64,000 nucleotides of DNA from Tricharina praecox (taxonomy: Eukaryota), in assembly GCF_024521635.1 (NCBI RefSeq), contig NW_026250414.1, forward strand, positions 248,001 to 312,000, given 5' to 3'. A program made the position numbers and the translations under genes. The first letter of the stretch is position 1, and every line of letters starts with the position of its first letter. Of the stretch, positions 53,901 through 64,000 are shown piece after piece. Below the pieces are notes generated by a model. That model saw nothing but the letters and a program-made list of their open reading frames with translations. It did not search any database and was not told where the DNA came from.

Positions 53901-55671
53901 GCGATGCTAGGGGCGGCTCCGATACCGGTTCCTGTAGTGAGATAGGTCTGCCCAGCAGCCGAGCGATCCGAAAGGAGCGACGAAGCGCCACCAATTTCTG
54001 AGCCGCCCAAGTTCAGCTCGCTCAGCTCAGGAAATAGCTCTGATTTTGGTGCACCAGGGGGTGGGGTCATTCCACTGCTTGGCATCCCGCCTGGGTAGGC
54101 AGGGTAAGGCAGCCCCGTGTTCGCGGTGAGGATCGAAGCCCGAGTTTCGGCGTAAGTCCCAGGAGTGTCTGACCGGAATGGAATATCGGGCATCTGGACA
54201 TGGTTATCGCCGAGCGGCATCGCACCCAACAAAGACACGCCCTCTCCAGATTCGGAATGAAGGGGCGAGTGCGGCAGGCCGAAGCCGGGCGCTCGGTGGT
54301 TCAAAGTATCCTGCTCCAACTGCGATTAGAACGAGCACAAATTTGAACGGACAACGCTTATACCTCTGTGGCCGTGGACCCCTTCCTGTCGCCACCGATC
54401 ACCATTCCCATTCCGTTGCTCTCGACTGGCGACAGCACAACCACCGGCTTCCCTGCCACATCAGGCATGCTCGAGGCTCTTCCAGGACCCTTGATGGAGA
54501 GACTGCGTGTTACACTTTCGGCATGTTGCAACTCGATCACCTTCTGCTGTTTGGCTTTCTCGATTTCGGGCAAGAGTAATTCCTTGATGGTGTCTCGAAT
54601 CAGTCCCCTGATTGCCGGATCGCTGGACCTAATGCTGGAAAGTGTAGAGAGATCGTCGCCTTCTATCTGAGCGGTCTTGCGGCGGGCCCTAGCAGCAATC
54701 TCTTCCGGGGTCCTGTTAGGGCTTCGGCTCCGGCTTCGGTTGCGAGGAGGCTTGAGGCCGTCGTTATCGTAGCCTTTCGTGCGGCTCTGGCTCCTGTTTT
54801 TCCGTGACGACTTGGGGTCATTCACCTTACTGAGCTCATCCCTAACCGCCTGTTCTATCCTCTCCCTCTGACTCTGTGACACTCCGATACGTTCCTTGCT
54901 CAAACTCCTACTCCTCCTCCGTCCGAGCGTTCCACCCCTCAAACCAGGCTCCTGAAGGATGTTGCTCTCCCGACTGACACTCCGACTCCGTTGCTTCGTA
55001 CTGCCCTTCAGGTTTTCCTCAAAGTATGAATCGCCGCCATTGTTCCGTGCTTGCGATCGACGTCGCCGTCGACGCTCGTTGTAGTCGGCGTCCATGAAAG
55101 AGCCCGGACTGCCTTCGCCACCGCGCTCGCGGATGAACGTCACATTTACCGGAGCTTGACCGCCATTAGATTCGTCTCCGCCGGAAGTGATGGACGACAG
55201 GGTCGAGTGGTCGCCGGAGTAGGAGCGCGAACGGCCGGTCTGTCCTAGGGTCAGTCTGTCCTGTCCCGAGTGCGGCGACGAGAGCTGTATCCTGTGGACG
55301 TGAGTAGGTCGTCGTCCGTTCTTGTCACTACCGATCTCGGATATTTCGACCGAGCCACCGTCCGCCGATTGATTGACGCGATGGCGCCGCGCAGCCGAAG
55401 GAGTGACCTTAACCCTAACACTCGGTTGGCGCGCGGAGCCGGAGCTGGACGCAGCTTTGCCGCTCTCGAAGTACTCGATCAGAAGCGAAGCGTTGGTTCC
55501 ATGGCTGAGCACACTGTTGGCATCCTGCGACTCCCTCTTCTTCCTCCTGCGTTCGGTGTGTATGGTGACCTCGCGCCCGTCATCGGGAATGGAGTAGCTG
55601 GTGCGATCCGTCACCTTGGAAAGATCCGTGAAGCTTCGCTCCGAACCGAGCATCGAGGGCTGTGGTGCCAT
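50921..55671 (-). CDS. Large (about 1475 aa), mostly low-complexity protein of unknown function
   Basis: Six exons join in frame: 55671-54364, 54319-52853, 52779-52436, 52371-51240, 51174-51051 and 50973-50921. Ordered-looking blocks are SLLIEYFE..PSVRVKVTPS and SKDIVALMEHLTVRDAQRNARDTEILVTLVRSAAEMRNSF. The true start could lie further upstream. Confidence 0.85.
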
Positions 55672-57950
55672 GACTTGCTCGAGTCGAACAGACGGTAATC
55701 AAGTGTGCGGAACACACCGACAAGGCGAAACCAATCCGTGGGCACCGATCACCTGTCGGAGGGGTAAATGATACGGGGTCTGCTCGCTGGAGTCGCAAGT
55801 TTAGTTTTTTTCTTTCTATCCCGCTTTGGTTGCGGCAAGTTGTATGTTTGTGTACGGAGCGGAAGATGGGGCGAGAGGACGGGCCGCGCAGAGTGATGAT
55901 ATGTCTCGTTCGATATCGCGGGGTGTTTTTCTAGCGTATGGGCGCGATGGAGCGAAATGCGATATGAGAAGGCAGCAGGCGTGGAAAGAAGATGGGGCCG
56001 GGGAAGAGCGCAAACGAGCGAAGGCGATTCGAGGTGTGGGAGAGGGGGGGGTGGTGGTGTGGAAAGACTGCGTTGGTCGCTATTCGATATGGGATGGTCG
56101 CAACGGGAAAGGTGGTGGAAAGAGAGGGTGTGCACGGATGAGTTGGTTGGTCAGTGGGGCTGGGTAAGTGAGTACGACGTAGAGGATTGATTGCGGGTGT
56201 GTGAGTGAGGTGTTTGCCTACTGGACAGGATTGTAGCGTGAGTGAGTGGGCGAGTGAGTGTTTGTTTATTTACGGAGGGAAGGAAGAGAGGGCGATGCCG
56301 GGAGGGCAAGATGGAGGAAGGAAGGAAAAGCAGGAAGGAGAATTTGACCGTGGAGAATGTACCTACGGCACTCTAGAGGACATACCTACTACTATGATAT
56401 AATAGACTCCAGCTGTTCTCAGTGCTCACTTCCACGTAGAGTACTAGCAGTACGTACCGAGCACGCATAGAGTATGTGCAGGCACTTTTATTGGGGAATC
56501 GGGAATAAGAGCAAAAATGATAAGCACTTGAGGACGTGTGCAGAGGTGTCTAGTACGATTATCGTCTGTCTGGAACCTACTTTGCTGGCTGTAGATGCTG
56601 TATGTAGCTGTAGCGGGTAGGGGGGGCTGAAGCGGCGATGGATTTGCGGCGATGCGGGCAAGCGGGAAAGGTACGCCCAGGCACGAGTAGTTACCGGTAT
56701 GTACAATACAAGCAGGTACAGGTACCCTACCGGAGATGCCTCAACAACTCAAACAACTGCACGACACAGCTGAGAGAGGTGGGGCAGGATAGACAGAGGG
56801 ATGGGAGGGATGTAGACTCTAGAGGACCGGTATGTAGAGTACTCTACTCCCGAGGTGGCGAAGGGAGAGGGGAAAATTGAATTTGCGCTGAGAGCTATCG
56901 GTACTTTTGCATCTGACGCAGGCAGACGCCAGATGTAGGAGGTGGCGGTGACAGTGGGGGGAGGGGGGTGGTGCTGGTGAATGTGGGAGCAGTAAAATTC
57001 GGGAGGCCGGGGGGTAACGAATACAAGGAGGCGCGCAACAGAACATAAAACAGACTGAACCGATCGCGAGACGAAACGCATGGCTTTACATAGACAGGCC
57101 TTGATAATTAGCATCATCGCCAGCGATATCATCATCGCAAGTTTGCAGAGAGTAGAAACCTGGTCATGCGGAGTAGAGATCTTCCGCAACGTCGACTAAC
57201 CACAGCCGCACCTCAGTAGGCCTGAGACAGCCGGTGGCCGTGTTTGTTGTTGTTGTTATTGTTGCGGTCGAATCGGCTTTCCTGTCGCAGTTACACACGC
57301 TTAATCGTTGCAATTGCATATAATATCACTCGAAGAGGTTAAATACAGCTAGACTGGCGGATATCTCACATATCAGGCAACGGCCACTGCATAGATTCTC
57401 GCTCGGCAGTTAGACGACGATTAGACGATTGGACGATTAGACGAACACCACACTACACCGTCGAATGTCCAAGTCCACTTCGCATTGTACCTTACCTTGA
57501 GATCATTGTTGACCTAGCCCGGTCTTTTCTAAAAATCGAATGCCCTTTTGGTGCATCCCACACTTCTTCGCCGCTGGTCGTCGTTTGCAATACCCGTCAA
57601 GCAAAAAAAAAAAAACGCCAGGCCCGAATTCTTTACTGAGATGTTGCAACGGTCCACGGACTTTCGTGCACATCATATAAAATATGCATATATGTAATCT
57701 ATGTCACTCTGGAAACCCTGGAAACCATGGACCCGGGTAGCTTCACGATCCCAGATCTCAGATCTCTCCAGATACGTCCATAGGTGTCTGCATCGGTTAA
57801 TATGCATTGCAAACAGCTGTCAAATGCTGTTTGGGGTCGTCCTGAACGGGACAGGTCCGTACTTTCACGATCCATTGAGTTTAGAGTCACTGCTCCTGCT
57901 TTGAGCACGACTAATCCCGTAGAAATGTCTATCGTCCCTTCTTCTGATCC

Positions 57951-58045
57951 GCCTTCTCTCGTTCGTCCGTCCCTCCTTCTCTTGTCCGTCCATCCTTCTC
58001 TCATCGGGCCGTCCATCCTTCCTTCTCTTGTCCGTCCATCCTTCC
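57951..58045. repeat. Degenerate ~20-25-bp tandem repeat (CCTTCTCT..GTCCGTCCAT), about 4 copies
   Basis: Read directly, upstream of the orphan gene. Confidence 0.7.
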
Positions 58046-58412
58046 ACCTACTAACGCTCGAGTCACCCTGTCACATCTCCCGAGAACCGTCTCTTTTATT
58101 CCTACTACTCTTCCTCCTACTCTTCCTCATCATCGTCCCTTTGGTCATCACTCTTTTCCTTTCACCAGTTTAACACTCTCTCACCCACATCCCACCTTCC
58201 TTCCCCGGTACCATCTCTTCATATCCCCACTACTATTCCTCATCCTCCTCCTCACCGTTCCTTCGGTTGTCACTCTCTTCCTTCTACCTATCGCCCACCT
58301 TCCTTTCCCATCCGCACCTCCAGCTATCGATACCGTCCTACGCACCCTATTCCATATCCTTAACGAAAAAAACCATACTCCGTTTCCATCCAGACAAAAG
58401 CACTAAACGACC

Positions 58413-60459
58413 ATGTCTTCCTCGAAGGATATTACGAACACCACGGGTCACTCTCCCACGATTCTCCGCCCTCGTGATGAGTCTAAACCCACCCCGGCGA
58501 AGGTGACTATGCCGAATATCCCAAAGCTCTCGGGGGAAGAGAAGCGAAGAATGAGAGAGGAATTGATTGGTAGACCGATCACTCCACCTTCTGGTCCTCC
58601 TCCATTCGCAGCAACTCTACGCCATGAGCGTGGGGATTTGAGTGAAGAGGCTATCAATGATCTCGAGAAGCACCAGGTCAGTCGAGATCTTGCCAAGGCG
58701 GTAGGTTACCTCCTGCTCGTCCTCGTCCTCCCCTTCATTCTACTATTTCATCTCATATACCTGCCGTCCATTCTCCTCCTCTTGTCGTTTTATTTTTTCT
58801 CTTCCACCCCTCATGGTGTAACCGATATCCACAGATTTTCTCTAGGTGGAGCGCTGATCAGCCCATGTTGGATGGCATGGCCCGTTCTGTCGCTATTTTT
58901 GGCTCCGACGATGAGGGCTCGGATGGCTCAGTTGGTAGTGAGTTGTCACTGAAGGACACTCGCAAGGTGGAGGCAGCTGCGGTAAAATCCCAGGTTGTAC
59001 GGCGGCAGATGATGATTCCAGCTCTAGAAGGTATGTAACATGCGCTCTTTCTCACTCACTCGATTATGTCTCACAAAAACTAGAGAGTCCCGGAAAGCGT
59101 GATCCACCCCCGGTGCGGCTCAGAATGCCCTCGGAGGAACTGTTGCCTGAGATCCCTCCGTTTTCTTTGTCAGATGATGCCGAACCCTATGAGGACAACG
59201 ACATTACCCCGACCGGTGCTGCTGTTGGACAAGTTCGCCCGGCCCCGGGTGCCTCGAGTCCCACCACCCCCACAGGTAAACAGCCCACCGATGTTGAGAT
59301 TGAAGCAATCTTGGAGACAATGCTCGCTCGCCATCGTGTCGAGTACGAACGGGACATCCTGAAAATCAAACAAGAGGAAGATCTGGCCCGTTCCAAGGCT
59401 AAGGGAGGAACCAGAAATCGGCCGCCCATCATTCACAGTGGCCAGACAACTCCAATGACCGAGGAGCTGATAAGAACAGTGGAAATCCCGAGATACGGAG
59501 CTACTCGTGGCGGTGTTGCGGCTACTTCCAGCGACGGTGTGCCGGATAGACCCCCTAAGCAGAATGCACCGGACAACACTCCTCCACATGGCGAGAAGCC
59601 CAAGTGGGATGGCCGTGCAATGACGATACTCTCCAGCATCCAGAACAAGGATCGAGATGAGATCATCAGTGACATGATCGCTGACCACCTCAACTTGAGA
59701 CGGGGTCGCAGAAACAGCGACAGTTCGCCGCCGGTTGGACCAGACGGACCAGGTGTGGTGGACCGTGTCTCGACGTTCAAAACCGCACCCACGGGTTCGT
59801 CTTTCGTCTCGATATTCACAGCTCTGATTCCCCCGGCTGGGTATAGAGCCCCGCTCTCGAGATTGGGTCGTCCTTTGGTACCAGACTCCATCAATTGCGA
59901 TAAGTACACGGTCGTGGCAACATACCATCCTACCTATCGTCATCTGGTCGTCGATATTCTAGATTACTGCCACACGCCTGCTGGATTTGACAGCAGCTTG
60001 GTTGTCGACCTCGTCTATCTTCAAGAGTCTGGATACCTCCCCTCTTACCTTGTTTGGCCCCCGCAGGATCACGGCTTCAAACGCTACCAAGTCGCCTCGC
60101 AGTGGTCCTTCGTCTCCACCAACGCCAACGGCACCGACCACATGTACGTTTCGGATCTAGGAGTCCTCTCTCAGCGCATCGCCGGTTCCATGTTCCGTGC
60201 GTACGAATGCAAGGAGATGTCCAAAGCCGCCCACCGCCGCTACCTAGACTCGATCTCCGAGGTATGCCCCGACGAGATTGAGGTCGAGCTCGTGGCCAAA
60301 GCTGCCGGTTTGGATTCCACTCCAATGTACGCCAACGTCCCCACGGACTACAACGTCAGCGCTTCTCTCAACTGGAGGCCGCTCAGGAACTATCCCAACC
60401 ATCAGCTTCCGCACTCCAGAGACGGCATGCCCACTAAGAAGTTCTGGTTCTATCGTTAG
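58413..60459 (+). CDS. Hypothetical protein, about 619 aa, no recognised family
   Basis: Exons 58413-58700, 58835-59030 and 59084-60459 splice in frame without stops. An alternative in-frame donor lies at 58677. Confidence 0.72.
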
Positions 60460-61713
60460 GCACCGGCCAAGACGAAATGAACCACGAATACCTGTAATTT
60501 TTTCGCCCAAAGCATTACTTGTTGTTCGCTAGTTGGTCGGTCCATTCTCTATCCTTTGATTTTCGAAGAAAAAAAAAGCTGGTTTGTTTGGCTTGATTGG
60601 GTAGGATGGCATTCGTCTTTTCTTTTCCTTTGCTTGCTTACTGTTTCGTCTGCGCATTGGGTTTCCGGAAGGGGCGGTCTCATGGTTCACGGTGTTTTGC
60701 ATGCATGCTTGTTTCTTTTAGCTGCCTGGTTTTTCTTTCCTTTCCTTTTGTCTTGTCTTGTCCCTGTTTTCCTTACGAACGATCACGATGATTGATGAAT
60801 GATACCCTGCCTGCATTGAACGAAGTATCATGGCGGATACATAGATGAATATGATTTTTGCTCTGATGTGTACTACTATTCTTTTCCTTCTTTCGTTCTT
60901 TCTTTCTTTCCTTTCCTTTCTTTTGCAAGGGGTTTCTTGCTTTTAGGTGGATTGATTCCACACACACAAAAAAATCAGGCGGTCAGTGGAGGTAGTGGAT
61001 CGAGAAATATTGATGGTGGGCAGATTGATAATGAGGGGCTATAGATTCGGGGGTGTAGAATTTGCTTGTTTTAGATGTATGATACGGTTAAGAGGGAGGT
61101 GACTGGTGGATGATGGGGGGATGGGGGGAGATGGATAGAAATGGGGATACAAATGGGGATAGAAATGGCGGCCAAGATTCTAATGGTCGCCATGCTATGT
61201 TTGTCATGGTTGGGGGATTGAGGGATTGAAGGATTGATACTAAGAATTGACGATGATTTTATCTATACAAAGTGGGCCCTAGATCTTAGAAGGCTAGGAG
61301 AGAGTGACATTGAGTGATACCTACCGTACTAACTTCTGGAGACTGGATGAGAGATGTTACCGTGTAAGAAGTAAGTATCTTCTGCCGAAGTACTTACGAA
61401 CAAGCCGGCTGACAACTTGATTGATTCAAGATTCAAGAGAACCCGGGGGTTTACAGTTGGGTTGACGTGAAGTCACCTTCCGATCACTCGTCCCCCCATT
61501 ACGAGGTGTGTAGTTTTCATCCCTCCATTACTCAAGATGAAGAACCGCATGTATTGTACATTTCACCGCAACAAAGGGGAAGGGGAAGCAATACCCAAGT
61601 AAGTAAGTAAGTAAGTACGAGCAAATCTCACGACCAAAAGCCAACCCAACCCAAACCAAAACCGAACTCCGTAAGTACACAGATAGCTAGCTAGAAAAAT
61701 CCTCCCAGCACGC

Positions 61714-63426
61714 CTACGCCTTCACCTCCTTCGCCTTCACCATCCTGACCATCATCCTTAAACTCTCCTCGGCGACGTTCCAGAGCAACTTCGTCGCCAG
61801 CACCTCCTCCGGCGGCACCTTTCCTCTAGCGGGGGTCTTCGCCTTCTTCGCCCTCGCGGCGATGCCGGCCTCGACCGCAGCGTCCAACTCGGGGGTGTAG
61901 ACGATATACTCGCACTTGAGCATGAGGCGCATCAGGGCCTCGAGGACGACGGCGACCTTGGCGTTATCCAGCAGCGCCATGGTGTTGGCGGGGTACGGCA
62001 GGTAGTGGCGCACCAGCAGGTCCTGCGTCAGCGCGCTGTCGCGGCGCGTCCGCGACGTGGATAGGTGCTGCTCCAGGATGAATTGCGTGAAGAGCCCGCG
62101 GTAGTCCGGGCCCGCGGGCGTTAGGGTGTTGAAGAAGAGGGAGAAGGAGGAGAGAGGGAGGTGCGAGATGTTATTTTTGTACTCGAGGTAGAGGTCCTCC
62201 GTCGCTATGAATTGGCCGTGCGTGGAGAGGTCGGAGAGCTGCGGGGTTAGTGGGGTTATTTGCACACGCGGGGGAGGGAGGATTCACAAGCGTCAGGAAG
62301 CGTTGGCGGAGACTGAAGGCAGTTACACCGCCCCAGGAGTCGTATGTGCTGGGTGTTGGTGGGGCGTCGGACATGTCGATGTCGATGTCGTCGTCTTCAT
62401 CCAGCGGGTCGTCGTTTTCGTCCAGGGTCTTGTCGGTTTTCTTTGGCGTCTTTGTCTCCTCGTCATCACCGAACTCACCCATGAACCCGCCGAGAGTTCT
62501 CTGGCCCTTCTTCTTTGGCCGGTGCGCGAACAGTTCGTCCTCCCAAACCGGATGGAACTCTTGGGCCTTCGCGCTTCCATTCGCGAGGATCGCCCGAACA
62601 ACCCGCCTATATCCGCCGGTACCACGGGTCTCGGGCAGCATCTTGACAGCAATGCTCTCCCTAAGAACCCTCTCCGCCTTCTCCCCCGCATTCTTGTACT
62701 TCTCCCGCCTATAGTCCCAATCCGTCTCCAGCGTGAGCAGCAAACACTCGAGTACATTCCCCCACCACGTCCACCTGGCGGGGTGCAGCACAGAGCACGT
62801 AAACGCCCAGCCGACCACATCCCACACATCCTCGACGCGCGAAAACAGACTCTCCTCATTCGCGAGTTCGCCGGAGATAGCGTCATCAGCGCTGGGAGAC
62901 AGCTCTCGGTTCTCGCGGTTCCCGCGACGGACGGAGCGGCGGCCGCGGTCAAACACCCAGATCTTGTCCAGCGAGGCGTTGACGGGGCCGATGATCTTGA
63001 TGATGCGGTGGACGAGCATGTATGCGGCGATGGGCGCTTTGGACGGCAGCATGCCTTTGCGGAGCTGCGTGGTGTGGAACGGGTGCGCCATCAGCGTTAT
63101 CACGAAGCGTAGGAACGTCGGCGGCGGCATCAGCCCGGGCGTGGGTTGCTCGCCGGGCGTAGAGAAGCCGCTGAAGACCACTGAGTCGAAGATCTCGAGG
63201 CCTTGCTCCGCTACGGCGAGCCCGACAAAGTTTGTCAGCTGGCCGCAATTGCACAAGGTGGAAGGGTGCTCGTACGTAGGTTCTCTTCGAACGCGACGCG
63301 GATGCGCTCGACAAGGTTGTATTGCAGCGGCATTACGGACTGGTAGAACCACAGCTGTTGATCTTTGTCGGGAGGTGGTGACGGTGTCCGTTGATGTTGT
63401 TGCTGGCGGGGCCGCGACGATGTCAT
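61714..63426 (-). CDS. Helical protein of unknown function, about 530 aa
   Basis: ATG at 63426. Introns at 63211-63275 and about 62239-62287 join three ORFs. Blocks include LMAHPFHTT, IGPVNA, DVWDVVGWAFTCSVLHPARWTWW and YLPYPANT...DNAKVAVVLEALMRL. Confidence 0.82.
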
Positions 63427-64000
63427 GGCGGGCAAGAAAGGCTGAGGTTAAAATATTGTTTTTAGGGCGGGGCACTGGGGGGTGGAGACGTGCACGTTTG
63501 GACACGGGAAGACGCGGTCAGGTACTTTCGATACGTACGAGCCTAGTCGATTATTCAGGTACTCTAGAGTGAAGTGCAGATCAGCGCGACCAACGCCTTT
63601 ATGGAGTGGGACTGATCTGTGGAACGTTCGACACCATGTGCTAGGGATGTCGATAGCTGCTAACCACGGCGTTTGCGGATCTCTTTTCTACGGAACCCTT
63701 CACCTTCCGCATCTCGAAAATCGAAAATGGAAATCTTCAGGAGCTTTTCCGGAAACACACTTACTCCCTTCGCTGGCACTGACTGCGAGCCCTAGCAAGG
63801 GAAGGGCATCCCTCGTTTCCTCCCCCATGCTTCACGGATCCTCACTAACAAGAGCTTAGCTAACCGGGGCATGCGTGTGTAACAGCACGTGTGAGCACTG
63901 CGTGTAACGACACTTCTATTCGTCTGCCCGTCTCCTCTAGAGTGGTGTAGATAGACGACGGCAGACAGCACTTCGGTTTCGACAACTGTTCGACGTGCCC

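Noticed and set aside
55410..55420. TAACCCTAAC telomerase-template-like 10-mer
   Set aside because: A single copy antisense within a coding exon.
37603..57339. Shared 14-mer TCACTCGAAGAGGT at about 37603 and 57326
   Set aside because: Several chance 14-mer matches are expected in 64 kb, and the match does not extend.

Overview
Intron-rich eukaryotic DNA from a filamentous ascomycete. Short GT-AG introns, CTRAC-type branch points and microsatellite-rich spacers point to Pezizomycotina; Pezizomycetes is only an inference. I reconstructed 17 protein-coding loci by hand, with splicing. In order they are the 3' end of GUF1/EF-4, a peroxisomal dienoyl-CoA isomerase, glutamine synthetase, an F-box protein, a MOT1-type molybdate transporter, MAD2, a class III chitin synthase, OPY2, EMI1, an IFRD-domain protein, NADP-isocitrate dehydrogenase, C1-THF synthase, a secreted Pmu1-like histidine phosphatase, MBF1 and three proteins of unknown function. 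I could not support any tRNA, rRNA, CRISPR array or transposon, and no clear-cut new multi-gene system is evident. The best leads are: (1) a highly iterated intergenic palindrome, TACCGGTA; (2) a tandem splice donor in the phosphatase gene whose consensus site creates a UAG at the exon junction; (3) two adjacent NADP-linked genes that each have weak-then-strong dual ATGs, suggesting mitochondrial and cytosolic isoforms; (4) a structured ncRNA candidate at about 37.0-37.4 kb; and (5) orphan or uncharacterised proteins.
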